Source of the DNA: Deltaproteobacteria bacterium
GTDB lineage: Bacteria; Myxococcota_A; UBA9042
NCBI GenBank assembly: GCA_016218865.1
Contig: JACRCU010000311.1
Coordinates: forward strand, 1 to 62,843
Direction of reading: 5' to 3'
Length of the DNA: 62,843 nt
The position numbers were made by a program, and so were the translations under genes. The notes beneath the pieces were generated by a model. That model was not told where the DNA came from. It saw nothing but the letters and a program-made list of their open reading frames with translations, and made no database searches. This document shows positions 53,419-62,843 of this stretch, one piece after another; the stretch's first letter is position 1; every line of letters begins with the position of its first letter.

Positions 53419-56400
53419 TGCGCAGCACCATGCACATTTTCGACACCGCGCGGCGCGGCCGATCCTGGTCGGCGCTGGGGCTGGTCGCCTTGCTCTGCTC
53501 GTCGCTCCTCTGCTCTTCGCTGTTGCTGGGCGGCGGCGCGGCGCTGGCGGCCGGCAAGGGCAAGGACAAAGACGGCGGCGAGCCCAAGCAAAAGGGCGAG
53601 GTCTCGGTCATCAAGCGGCCCAAGGTCAAGCCCGCCGATGGTGCGGCCAAGTCGGGCGATGCAGCGGCCGACAAGGGCGCGGCCGGGGCCAAGAAAGAGG
53701 CCAAGAAGATCGGCCCCGGCGCACCGGAACAGCGCCGCGGCCGCGAGAAGTCCAGCGTCGAAGACATCGACGACGAGCTGGCGATCTTGCGCGAGTTGCT
53801 CGACATCGAGCGCGGCAGCGAGACCGAGGCCGACACCCTGCTGGAAATCAGCTACGTGCTCTGGGACCGCGCGCTCGCCTACGAGCTCGAGGCCCACGAC
53901 GTCAAGCTGGAGACCTGCCTGGCCAGCGACGACAAGGAAGACAAGCACCGCTGCGAGATCGAGCAGCAGAACCTGCTGGAGCAGTCGCGCGCCGCCAAGC
54001 TGGACGTGATCAACCACCTCAAGCGCATTGAACGGGCATTCCCCAAATTCGCCAAGCTAGACGAGGTGTTGTACTCGCTCGCCTACCACCTGGGCGAGAT
54101 CGATCGGCCGGGCGAAGCGGTGGATGCGTACATGCGCCTGGTGCGCAAGACGCCCAAGTCGAGCTACGTGCCCGACGCCTTCCTGGGCATCGGCAACTAC
54201 TACTTCAGCAAGAACAACGGCACCGAAGCCATCAAGTGGTACACCAAAGCCCTTGATTTCCCGGATGCTCCTGTGTTCGGCTGGGCGCTCTATTACATCG
54301 CTTGGGTGCACTACAACACCCAGAACTGGAAGCAGGCCGTCGCGGGCTTCGTCCGGGTGCTCGACTACAGCAAGCGCGAGGCGCGCGGCCGCGTGACCTT
54401 CATCGAGGACGCCGGCAAGTACCTGGTCCGTTCGTGGGCCGAGTTTGGCAACCCCAAGGAAGCGCTGGCCTTCTTCAAGCGCGCCGCCGAGGGCAGCGAG
54501 ATCATGCTGCTCGACATGCTGGCGCAGTACTTCAGCGAGGTCTCGCAGTTTGCCAAGAGCAACGACGTGCTGGATCAGCTCATCGAGTTTGCCAAAGAAG
54601 ATCAAGAGATGCTGCGCTACCTGGTGCTGCGCCTGGACAACAGCTACAAGCTCCACGACCTGAACGAGACGGTCAAGTCGGCGCAGATGGTGTCGAACGC
54701 GCTCAAGCACGGCTTTAAGGTGTCGGCCAAGCGCCTGGATGACCTGGAAATGTTGATGGCCGAGATTGCCACCACCTTCCACGGCGAGTACGAGAACACC
54801 CAGGTCATCACCACCCTGGAAATGGCCGAGAAGATGTATCGCCTGTACGGCGAGCACTTCGAGAAGGGCGCCAACTCCTACGGCATGCTCTACAACCACG
54901 CCCTGGCGTTGTTCCAGCTCAAGCGTTGGACCGAGGCCGCGACGATGTACGAGCGCGTCATCGAAGTGGAGCCCACCGGCAAGTACGCCGAGCCGGCGGC
55001 CCACCGGGCTTTGGTGTGCTACATCAACTTGCAGGACCTGTCGTCGGAGACCAGTGAAAAGGCTCAGGATCTGACCGACACCCGCCCGGTGCCGCTGACC
55101 CCCGAGGAAGAAAAGGTGGCCCGCGCCTGCGAGCGGTACGTCGACACGGCCGAGAAGAACAAGATCGACGACGAAGACGTGCCCAAGGCCATGTTCATCG
55201 CCGGCCGCCTGTACTACCAGCGCAATCAGTTCGACAAGGCCGCGGCGATGCTGGGCAAATTCGTGCAGCGCTACCCGGCGCACGAGTACGCCTACGACGG
55301 CGCGCGCCTGATGGTTTCGGCCCTGTGGCTGGGCCAGGACGGCAAGGGCCTGCGCGAGTGGGTCGACAAGCTGATCCAGGACCCGCGCTTCAACCGCGAC
55401 AGCCTGGGCGTGACCATTACCGAATTCAAGTCGAACGAAGAGTACAACAAGTGCATCGAGCTGCGGGACCAGCCCGTCAAGGCCGCCGAGTGCTTGGTGA
55501 CCTACGCCAACGGCTTCAAGGACAAGAACCCCGAGAAGGCGGCCCAGGCCATGTCCGGCGCGGCGCGCTTCTACCGCACCGCCAAGAAGCGCGACCACAT
55601 CATCGAGACCTATCGCAACCTGGCCGCCACCTTCCCCACCGACAAGCGCGCGCCGCAGTCGCTGTTCGAAATCGGCGAGATCTATCGCGAATCCGCGGAC
55701 TTCCGCCAGGCGGCCGACAGCTACGAAGCGTTCGTCAAGGCCTTCCCCACCCACGAGAAGGTGCCGCAGGCGCTGGCGACGGCGACCCGTTACCGCGAAT
55801 TGCTCGGCGACTTCGACAAGGTGGTCGAGGACGGCGAATTGTTCCTTACGACCTTCAGCAAGGACAAGCGCGCCGCCGAAGTGGCCTACAACGTGTCCGT
55901 GCAGGCCATCAACAAGGGTGACTGGAAGGGCGTCATCAAGGCCTCCGACAAGTTCTTGAAGCGCAGCGACAATATCCCGCTGGAACTGCAGCTGGCCGCC
56001 ATGACCAACACCGGCACGGCGCAGTTCAAGCTGAACATGGGCGACCGCGGTCTGGCGCTATTCAAGAAGGTGTCCGACGCCGCCGAGCAGCTGCAAACCG
56101 CTGGCAAGTTGGCGGAATTGCCGGCCGTGGGCCGCGACGCCATCGTGCAGGCGCTGTTCATGCGCGGCGAACTCGAGTTCGAGAAGGTGCGTGCGCTCAA
56201 GGGCGCGCCCAAGAACCTGGAGGCCGCCACCAAGCTGGTCGCCGAGAAGGCCACCAAGGTTGCCGAAGCCGACAAGGTCTACGCCGAAGCCGAAGCCGCC
56301 AAGAACGCCCAGTGGACGGCCGCCGCTTCGAGCCGCCGTGGTCGCATCTGGCAGGACATCGCGAGCAGCATCAAGAACCTGCCGCCGCCGCCGGCCTTCA

Positions 56401-57383
56401 AGACCGACGAGCTCAAGACCGAGTGGCTGCAGCAGGTGAGCGAGAAGGCCGCGCCGCTGTTCGATCGGGCCAAGGAGCGGTACCGCGAGGCCCTGAAGAA
56501 GGCTGCCGAGATCTTCGCCTTCGACAGCTACTGGGCCGAGGCGCGCGACAACCTGAAGACCCTGGATGGCAAGTTCGCCGAGGCGACGGACATCAAGGAA
56601 TTCATGGTGGAAGAGGGCAGCCTGAAGTACGACGACAGCGCCAAGCCCGCCGACGTGATCAAGGAGACCCGCTACAAGCTGTTCGACCTGTCGACTGGCG
56701 CGGCGGTGGACGAGTCGGCGACGCCGGCGCCGGCCCAGGCCGAGACGACGGTGGCCGCCAACCCCGAGATGGCCAAGGCCTATACCCGTATGGCGTTTGC
56801 CCACTTCGCCCAGGGCCAGTACCGCGAGGCGCTGTTCTCGGCGTCCTACGGTATGCGCAACGCGCCCGAGCTGAAGAAGTCGGCGATGCTGTGGCGGATT
56901 TTGGCGGCGTCCTACAAAGAACTCGGCCAGGTGCGCGAGTCGCTGGTGGCCTACGAAGAGGCGGGCAAGGCCGACGAGAAGCAGGTCGATGCGCTGCTCA
57001 ACGCCGCGGCGGTCACCATGCGCTACCTCGACTTCGAGAACGCGGTGCGGCTGCTCGACGAAGTCCTGAAGCGCGATCCCGAGAACTACTGGGCGGTGGT
57101 CACCAAGCCCGTGGCCATGCGCCGCCTGAGCGACGACCCGGCCAAGGCCAAGGAAGCGCTGGCGGTGTTCGATATCCTGGCCGAGAAAGAGACCCGGCCG
57201 CAGCTGCACTACAACCGCTGCGTGGTGGCCCAGGCCGTCTTGACCGGCGGCAAGCCCGAGCTGCAGAAGGCGCTGGAAATCTGCCAGAAGTCGCTGGAAG
57301 TGGTGGGCACCAAGTTCGCCAAGTACAAAGAACTGGAGACCCGCGTCAAGGGCCTGAAGACCACCATCGAGTTCATGCCGTAG
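53418..57383 (+). CDS. secreted giant TPR repeat protein (1321 aa)
   Basis: ATG 53418 shares one base with the upstream TGA (TGATG). Signal peptide LVALLCSSLLCSSLLLGGGAALA. A Lys-rich linker is followed by many TPR-like repeats. I judge the 5' part of ORF 52542..57383 to be non-coding in that frame. Confidence 0.75.
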   Translation: MRSTMHIFDTARRGRSWSALGLVALLCSSLLCSSLLLGGGAALAAGKGKDKDGGEPKQKGEVSVIKRPKVKPADGAAKSGDAAADKGAAGAKKEAKKIGPGAPEQRRGREKSSVEDIDDELAILRELLDIERGSETEADTLLEISYVLWDRALAYELEAHDVKLETCLASDDKEDKHRCEIEQQNLLEQSRAAKLDVINHLKRIERAFPKFAKLDEVLYSLAYHLGEIDRPGEAVDAYMRLVRKTPKSSYVPDAFLGIGNYYFSKNNGTEAIKWYTKALDFPDAPVFGWALYYIAWVHYNTQNWKQAVAGFVRVLDYSKREARGRVTFIEDAGKYLVRSWAEFGNPKEALAFFKRAAEGSEIMLLDMLAQYFSEVSQFAKSNDVLDQLIEFAKEDQEMLRYLVLRLDNSYKLHDLNETVKSAQMVSNALKHGFKVSAKRLDDLEMLMAEIATTFHGEYENTQVITTLEMAEKMYRLYGEHFEKGANSYGMLYNHALALFQLKRWTEAATMYERVIEVEPTGKYAEPAAHRALVCYINLQDLSSETSEKAQDLTDTRPVPLTPEEEKVARACERYVDTAEKNKIDDEDVPKAMFIAGRLYYQRNQFDKAAAMLGKFVQRYPAHEYAYDGARLMVSALWLGQDGKGLREWVDKLIQDPRFNRDSLGVTITEFKSNEEYNKCIELRDQPVKAAECLVTYANGFKDKNPEKAAQAMSGAARFYRTAKKRDHIIETYRNLAATFPTDKRAPQSLFEIGEIYRESADFRQAADSYEAFVKAFPTHEKVPQALATATRYRELLGDFDKVVEDGELFLTTFSKDKRAAEVAYNVSVQAINKGDWKGVIKASDKFLKRSDNIPLELQLAAMTNTGTAQFKLNMGDRGLALFKKVSDAAEQLQTAGKLAELPAVGRDAIVQALFMRGELEFEKVRALKGAPKNLEAATKLVAEKATKVAEADKVYAEAEAAKNAQWTAAASSRRGRIWQDIASSIKNLPPPPAFKTDELKTEWLQQVSEKAAPLFDRAKERYREALKKAAEIFAFDSYWAEARDNLKTLDGKFAEATDIKEFMVEEGSLKYDDSAKPADVIKETRYKLFDLSTGAAVDESATPAPAQAETTVAANPEMAKAYTRMAFAHFAQGQYREALFSASYGMRNAPELKKSAMLWRILAASYKELGQVRESLVAYEEAGKADEKQVDALLNAAAVTMRYLDFENAVRLLDEVLKRDPENYWAVVTKPVAMRRLSDDPAKAKEALAVFDILAEKETRPQLHYNRCVVAQAVLTGGKPELQKALEICQKSLEVVGTKFAKYKELETRVKGLKTTIEFMP

Positions 57384-57622
57384 AACGTCAATCAGAAACC
57401 TCCGAGGCCCCGAGCAACGGAGACGCGGTCTGACGAAAACTCAATGATGCTGGGTGGGTCGCTAGGGCAAAAACAAGGCGAAGGGGACGCGACCCGCCGC
57501 GACGTGGACCGTTGGATTCGGGCTTCTGATCGGTGCACTAGGCTGGCCCGGATCGCAGCGGCACACACACTTCGGCGCCGCCCGCACTTCCTGGCGTCGC
57601 AGCGCAAGACTCTGCACAAAGT

Positions 57623-58423
57623 CTAGGGATTTTGGCTGTACCACGCCGCTGCTGCGGCGGCCGCCAGATCCAGCGCCGCCAGCGCGCCGTCGGCCTCGCC
57701 TTTTTCGAAGTCGCCGGCGGTCTGCGCCATTGCGTTGGTGACGTGGGCAAAGCACGCCACGGGGTACTGGCGGGCCTGCGAGAAGGCATACAGGGCCGCG
57801 GCTTCCATCTCGACGGCGACGAGGCCCTCGGCGCGGCGGGCGGCGACGGCGGCCTCTGTCTCGCGGTAGGGGGCGTCGGTGGTCCACACAGCCCCGGCGC
57901 GCACTTGTAGGCCCTCGCGCCCGTCCAAGGTCGCCATCGCGGCGGCTACGGCCGGCAGCGGCCCTGCAAACGGCTCTGGCGGCAGGTAGTGGTAGCTGGT
58001 GCCCTCGTCGCGCAGGGCTCGCTCGATGCGCACGAAGCAGGGCAACTCCAGCCCGGGCGCCAGCTGGCCCGCCGAGGTGATGCTCAGCAAGAGCTGACCG
58101 CCGCTGGCGAAAACCTGCTCGGCCACCAGCACCGCGAACGGTGCGCCCACCGCACAGGCTACGATGCCCAGCTCGCGGCCGCGCCAGGCCACCTTCCACA
58201 TCTGGGTGTGGTAGCAGGCCCAGGCGGTCGCGGGCTGACCCAGGCCGACCCGGCGCAGGTAGCGCACGATGTCGCCGTCGGGGTCGAGCAGGCACACCGC
58301 GGGAATGGCCGCGTCGGGGAGACCGCGCTGCCGGCGCGCCTCGCGCAGCAGGTTGGCCGGCTGGAACAGCGACGGCTGCTGCGGATGCTTGTCTTCCAGG
58401 ATCGGGAGGCGCGGCGAGGCCAT
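57623..58423 (-). CDS. nucleoside phosphorylase family (PNP_UDP_1-like) protein
   Basis: VAVEMEAAALY and SITSAGQL resemble uridine/purine phosphorylase motifs. It starts 3 nt after the upstream stop. Confidence 0.65.
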   Translation of the reverse strand: MASPRLPILEDKHPQQPSLFQPANLLREARRQRGLPDAAIPAVCLLDPDGDIVRYLRRVGLGQPATAWACYHTQMWKVAWRGRELGIVACAVGAPFAVLVAEQVFASGGQLLLSITSAGQLAPGLELPCFVRIERALRDEGTSYHYLPPEPFAGPLPAVAAAMATLDGREGLQVRAGAVWTTDAPYRETEAAVAARRAEGLVAVEMEAAALYAFSQARQYPVACFAHVTNAMAQTAGDFEKGEADGALAALDLAAAAAAAWYSQNP

Positions 58424-58426
58424 GGC

Positions 58427-60004
58427 CTACTCAGCTGGCATCGCGCCGGGGGGCATCGCCATCTGGACACCCGGCGGCAGTCCGGCCGGTGCACCAGCGG
58501 GCTTGCTGTCGGCCTTCTCTTCGAAGTCGGCGGCCTTCTTCTTCAGGCGGCCGGCGCTCCAGGTGGCCAGCTTGAACACGTCGCCTTGACCCGCCGCGGC
58601 GCCCGCGCGACCAAAGGAGTTGCTGTCTTTCTCTTTGGTCAGCGCCACAAGCCACGGTCCGTCGGCGAATTGCAGGGTCAGGGTGACTTCGGGCGCATCC
58701 ACACCCGCCGCACCCGGCGTGACGTCGGCGGCGAAGTCGACCTTGATGCTGTCGCGGTCGCCCACGCACGACTCGATGGCGGCGCTGCTGGCCTTGGGGT
58801 TGCCGGCGAGCGCCCACTTGTCGCCCTGTTTGCTGGCCTGCAGGGTGCCGTCGGGGCCGGTCAGGCTGAAGCTGCTGGCCTCCTTGCCCTTGTGCTGGCC
58901 CAGCAGTGCCCGGTTGCGGATCTGGTCCAGCTTCTGCAGCACCTGATCGCGGCTGTAGCTGGCGATCTTGTACAGGTCGTCGCGGCCTTCGATCTTGAGC
59001 CACACGTCCTTTTGCGCCGAGGCCTCGTCAACCTTGCCGAACACCAGCACGGTCTTCTTGGGGCCCTCGCTCAGGGTCAGGCGGGCGGCCTTGGGGTCGT
59101 CTAGGCCGGTATCCAGCTTCTTCTCTGCGACTTCGCTGGCGTCGACGAACTCGTTGGCCGACAGGCGCTCGATGCTTTTGGCCCACTCGCCGACGTCGCC
59201 GGCCTGGTAGCCCTGCGGCGTGGCGATGCTCCAGCCGTCGCCGGCCTCGCGCTTTTGACCCGCGGCCAGTGCAGCGCGGCTGACCACCACGTTCGCGGCG
59301 CGCAAGTCCTGGGGGTTGTTGGTTTCGATGCGATCCAGGGCCGCCAAGTCCAGGGTCAGCAGGCCGCGGTCGCGCAGATCGCTCCAGGCCACGTCGAACG
59401 GCGCGCGCAAGTCGCGGCCGACCACCTGGTAGACCACCTCGGCCTTGCCCGGATCCTGAACCCACGTGGAGGGTTCCGCACCATCCTGCGGCTTGTCGAC
59501 GTTGCCGATGCGCAGCTTGAAGGTGCCCTTGGCGCCGGTCGCCTCGACCTCGATGGCGTGGTCGGCGTCCAGCCCGTACTCCGCCAACTCCGCCGCCTTC
59601 ACTTCCTTGCCGAACGAGGAGTGGATGGCGCGGCCGAACACTTCGGCCATCGCATTGGCGCGGTAGGGCTGGCCCTTGGCGTCGCTCGACTTGCTGCCCT
59701 TCTGCCGCGCTACCGTCCACTTGGCCTCTAGCGGCTTGCTGGTGTCGGGCGTGACGTCTTTGGGCAGCTCCTGTGCCACCTGCGTCAACGTCCAGGTCTC
59801 GCCCTTCTTCTTCAGGGTCAGCTTTTGGATTGCCGGCAGCTTGTCCTTTTGGCTGGTGCGGAAGTCCTGCTCGGACACGTTGCCCGCGTAGCCCTCGATG
59901 GCCAGCGGAGCCGGGCCCTGCGGCGCCGACTTCATGCCCTTGGCCAGCCACGCGACCAGCAGCACGGCAAAGATGCCCAAGACGACCAGCGTCGACCGCT
60001 TCAT
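58427..60004 (-). CDS. DUF4340-like periplasmic protein (GldG-associated)
   Basis: ATG 60004. N-terminal TM anchor LVVLGIFAVLLVAWL. It occupies the position downstream of the GldG-like gene that is typical for DUF4340. Confidence 0.65.
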   Translation of the reverse strand: MKRSTLVVLGIFAVLLVAWLAKGMKSAPQGPAPLAIEGYAGNVSEQDFRTSQKDKLPAIQKLTLKKKGETWTLTQVAQELPKDVTPDTSKPLEAKWTVARQKGSKSSDAKGQPYRANAMAEVFGRAIHSSFGKEVKAAELAEYGLDADHAIEVEATGAKGTFKLRIGNVDKPQDGAEPSTWVQDPGKAEVVYQVVGRDLRAPFDVAWSDLRDRGLLTLDLAALDRIETNNPQDLRAANVVVSRAALAAGQKREAGDGWSIATPQGYQAGDVGEWAKSIERLSANEFVDASEVAEKKLDTGLDDPKAARLTLSEGPKKTVLVFGKVDEASAQKDVWLKIEGRDDLYKIASYSRDQVLQKLDQIRNRALLGQHKGKEASSFSLTGPDGTLQASKQGDKWALAGNPKASSAAIESCVGDRDSIKVDFAADVTPGAAGVDAPEVTLTLQFADGPWLVALTKEKDSNSFGRAGAAAGQGDVFKLATWSAGRLKKKAADFEEKADSKPAGAPAGLPPGVQMAMPPGAMPAE

Positions 60005-60040
60005 ACAAACCTCGCAACAAAGATCAGGTAGGTTGGGTGG

Positions 60041-62557
60041 TTAGACCTTCAGCGACCGATTGCGGGCCCGGCGCATCCGCCAGCGCAGCAGCCCCGCGCC
60101 GATCAGCAGCAGCGGACCGCCCAGCAGGGTGCCCAGGCGCAGGCGCTTGGCCTGCTCGTCGTCGACTTGCTGCATGGGCCGGCGGGTGTCGCCCTTGCTG
60201 CGGATCTCGACCAGCGCTTCGTGCGCGGTGGCCCAGTCCATGACGTTGCTCAGGAACTGCAGATTGCCGCCCAGCAGGTGCGACACCTGGCCGATGCGGA
60301 TCTGCCAGTTCTGGAAGTTGGCGTTCCAAGTCTGGTAGTCCTTGATGATCTCGGCCGAGAACTGCGCCATCTTGCTCAGCTCGAAGCCCTTGAGCACCTG
60401 GCCGCGGTCCAAACCCTCGATACCCAGGTTCGACGCGACCACCAGCAGCTTGCCCACGCCCTCGCCCTTGAAGCTGCGCTTGGCCAGCTCCTGGTCGTTT
60501 TCGCTCGGCTTCTCCTTGGGATGCATCGGGTCGTCCGGCGTCTTCTTGTCCGGGCGCTTGGGCGGCTCCTTGCCGGCAAAGGCGGACTTGAAAGGGCCGC
60601 GCACGTACAGCGCCAGGGTCAGCGGTCCGGTGGGCTTGGACTGCAGCGCCACGTCCTTGACCGCTGGCGGCAGCACCGGCAGGGGCGCGGCTTTGCTCAG
60701 CGACGACTCGGAACTCTGGATGATCTTGGCGATCTCGAAGCGCTTGTCCTGCGCCAACTGGGCGCTGGGCTCCACGCTGGTGGCGTAGGGCAGGGCCAGG
60801 TTGTCCAGCGACTTGCTCAGCGGATGGCTCTGGTCGAAGTGGGTCGCCACCGGGATCAGCGCGTAGGGGAAGTCCTGCTGGGTCTGGAACTGCAGACCGC
60901 CGCGCTGGACCAGCTTCATCACGCGGACCGTCTGCACGTGCTTGCTGTCCAGGGTCAGGTCGCGCTTCAGGTCCACGCCGTAATTCTTCAGCACGTCCTG
61001 CAGGTTGCTGCCCGTGGCGTTGAGCGCCGTGTAGTCCATCTTGATGTCGTTGCCCAGGTCGTCCGGCGGCGCCATGTTCATCAGCGCCACGTCCCACTCC
61101 TGCGCCAGCAGCACCACCGGCCGGCCCGACAGCAGGAACTGGTCCAGCTGGTAGCGGGTGTACTCGCTCAGGGGCGTGCGCGGCGCGTAGACAATCAGCG
61201 CCGACACTTCCGACGGAATCGGCGTGTCGGCGTCGACGCGGCGGATCGAGTAGCCGCGCTTGGTGAACAGGTTGTCGCCGATGCGGCCGTTGGTCTCGTC
61301 GATGCCCTGGGCGATCTGGGTGGCGGCCTGGACGATCTGCTTCATCATCGGGTTGTTCTGCGCCACCATCATCGCCATTTGCTCTTGCACGAACGGCTCG
61401 GACTCGGGGAAGGGGCAGAACTCGCCGTTGCCACACAGGAAGCCCACCAGCTTGCGGCCGGGGCTGTCGCTCAGGTTGGTGTGGTTGCGGTCGACCTCCT
61501 TGGTCAGGTCGGCCAGCATGCCCATGGCCTGGCCCAGGACGGCGCCCACCTGCTTGGGCTTGTCCTTGAATTGCTCGGCCTTGCCGCTCAGCACGTCGTT
61601 CAGCTCGCCGATGACCTGGTCGAACTGGCCGGCCGAGTCGAGCAGCTGGTCGCCGAACTGGCTCTTGCCCTTGAGCGCGGTGGCGGCGGCGATCTTCTGC
61701 TTGATCTCGCCGCAGGTCTTGGCGATCTCGTCCTTGGCGCCGGTCAGGGCGGTGACGCGCTTCTGGGTCGGGTCCGCGCCCGCATTCAGCGATAGCCCAG
61801 CGCCGTCGTCCTTGGCCCCCTCGTCGACCTTGCCCTTCTTTTGGATGAGGTCATTGCAGGCCTTGACCGCCTCGAACACCGCCTTGCCCTGGGCCAGCGG
61901 CTCCTTCTGGATCTGCGCGGCGTCGTACTTCTCTTTCAGGCGCAGCAGGATCTTGGTCATCTCGAATTCGTAGTAACCGGGCTGCAGGGCCTTGGCCAAC
62001 ACCTCGTGCACCGTCTTGTAGTGGAAGGTGGCGCCCATCACGTAGCGCGCAAACTTCAGCTCTTCGCCAGCCAGCTGCGCTTCGTTCGACGAGAAGGTCT
62101 CCAGCTTGGCGGCCTCGGCCTGCTCCTCGATGGTGCCCACGCCCGGGCTGCCATTGTCGGCGTAGACCAGCTTGACCTTGCCGCCCGAGGCCGCCACGTA
62201 CTCCTCCAGCTTGTCGCGGAAGGCGCGCTCGATGCCCTTGAGCGGCATCTTGTCGCCGTTCGGCAGCGGAATGGTTTCGGGCAGTTTCTTGCTGATGTAG
62301 GCGGTGATGACCACGCCGTCCAGGTCCTGGGCCGCCTTCTTGCTGGCGTCGCTCAGGGTGTGGATCTGCTGGCCGGTCAGGTCGACGCGCAGGCTGGTCT
62401 GGGTCAGCAGGGCGTTCAGCAGCACCGCCACGCCCACCGCGGCGAGCAGCATCACCCACGCGTCGGTGCGGCTGCTGGCCTTCTTGGTTGCAGTCTTGCC
62501 ATTGTGGATGGCTTTGTTGGCAGCATCGTTCATCTTGGAACCCATCTGGTCGAGCAA
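60041..62557 (-). CDS. GldG-like ABC-transporter auxiliary component (ABC_transp_aux family)
   Basis: N- and C-terminal TM anchors flank a large periplasmic region. LRVDLTGQQIHTLSDASKKAAQDLDGVVITAYIS is typical of the family. The start is TTG 62557 or ATG 62545/62533. Confidence 0.8.
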   Translation of the reverse strand: MLDQMGSKMNDAANKAIHNGKTATKKASSRTDAWVMLLAAVGVAVLLNALLTQTSLRVDLTGQQIHTLSDASKKAAQDLDGVVITAYISKKLPETIPLPNGDKMPLKGIERAFRDKLEEYVAASGGKVKLVYADNGSPGVGTIEEQAEAAKLETFSSNEAQLAGEELKFARYVMGATFHYKTVHEVLAKALQPGYYEFEMTKILLRLKEKYDAAQIQKEPLAQGKAVFEAVKACNDLIQKKGKVDEGAKDDGAGLSLNAGADPTQKRVTALTGAKDEIAKTCGEIKQKIAAATALKGKSQFGDQLLDSAGQFDQVIGELNDVLSGKAEQFKDKPKQVGAVLGQAMGMLADLTKEVDRNHTNLSDSPGRKLVGFLCGNGEFCPFPESEPFVQEQMAMMVAQNNPMMKQIVQAATQIAQGIDETNGRIGDNLFTKRGYSIRRVDADTPIPSEVSALIVYAPRTPLSEYTRYQLDQFLLSGRPVVLLAQEWDVALMNMAPPDDLGNDIKMDYTALNATGSNLQDVLKNYGVDLKRDLTLDSKHVQTVRVMKLVQRGGLQFQTQQDFPYALIPVATHFDQSHPLSKSLDNLALPYATSVEPSAQLAQDKRFEIAKIIQSSESSLSKAAPLPVLPPAVKDVALQSKPTGPLTLALYVRGPFKSAFAGKEPPKRPDKKTPDDPMHPKEKPSENDQELAKRSFKGEGVGKLLVVASNLGIEGLDRGQVLKGFELSKMAQFSAEIIKDYQTWNANFQNWQIRIGQVSHLLGGNLQFLSNVMDWATAHEALVEIRSKGDTRRPMQQVDDEQAKRLRLGTLLGGPLLLIGAGLLRWRMRRARNRSLKV

Positions 62558-62602
62558 GTTGGTTGCGTTGGTGGTGATGCGGCGCGAGCGGGCGCGGCCG
62601 CG

Positions 62603-62843
62603 CTACTTCCAGTGCCGCGACTGCAGCGAGTAGGTCGAGGCGACCACGGCCACCGCGGAAACACTCAAGAAATAGACCACGTTGCGGATGTCGATCACGC
62701 CCTTGGCAAAGGCCTCGAATTGGGTGCGGAAGCTGAGCAGCTCCAGCGCCACCGGCGGGCGGTCAAAGGCGAGCTTGAGCAGCGCGTCGGTGGCCGTCCA
62801 GAAGAACACGCACAGCAGCAGGCCGACGATGAAGGCGATGATC
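62603..62843 (-). CDS. ABC-2 type permease (GldF-like), 3' end only (gene continues past the window)
   Basis: The frame is open to the window edge. The hydrophobic C-terminal segment VVYFLSVSAVAVVASTYSLQSRHWK lies immediately upstream of the GldG-like gene. Confidence 0.6.
   Translation of the reverse strand, partial: IIAFIVGLLLCVFFWTATDALLKLAFDRPPVALELLSFRTQFEAFAKGVIDIRNVVYFLSVSAVAVVASTYSLQSRHWK

Overview
This is a densely coding, visibly high-GC 62.8-kb chromosomal window. By inference it looks like a Myxococcota-type (deltaproteobacterial) genome: it has TonB_C-like AgmX/PglI-type domains, many Cys-rich secreted lipoproteins, type IV pilus genes and a GldF/GldG-like ABC module. I call 47 CDS. 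I recognised no rRNA, tRNA, CRISPR array, transposase or integrase. Housekeeping genes (hisS; dnaJ; gap-pgk-tpiA-secG-dapD; serS; a homocysteine-methyltransferase/MTHFR fusion; eno; a C-N hydrolase) are interspersed with envelope and secreted proteins. Most long ORFs in the six-frame track are antisense or out-of-frame shadows of real genes, as expected at this GC content, and several true starts lie well inside the listed ORFs. All family assignments come from motifs read by eye, with no searches run, and most start codons are provisional. The items most worth follow-up are:
- A tight five-gene minus-strand operon (12135-18886): FAD-oxidoreductase-like, TolC-like, MlaC-like, small FadL/PorV-like barrel and an STT3/AglB-like GT-C protein whose WWDYG motif is degenerate. 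It is divergently paired with a second GT-C-like membrane protein.
- A Tae4-type peptidoglycan amidase domain fused to a PG-binding domain (27625-28821). It has no signal peptide, no adjacent immunity gene and no T6SS genes in view, and it sits directly upstream of a minimal pilB-pilC-sensor kinase-lipoprotein operon.
- Three lipoprotein genes chained by ATGA/GTGA overlaps directly behind eno (47833-49336). One of them ends in a (Gly-Ser)22 tail encoded by a hexanucleotide repeat.
- A 24-nt AT-rich element present three times, always at convergent gene junctions (8291-8314, 47662-47685, 47805-47828).
- Two translationally coupled secreted TPR proteins of 569 and 1321 aa (51709-57383).
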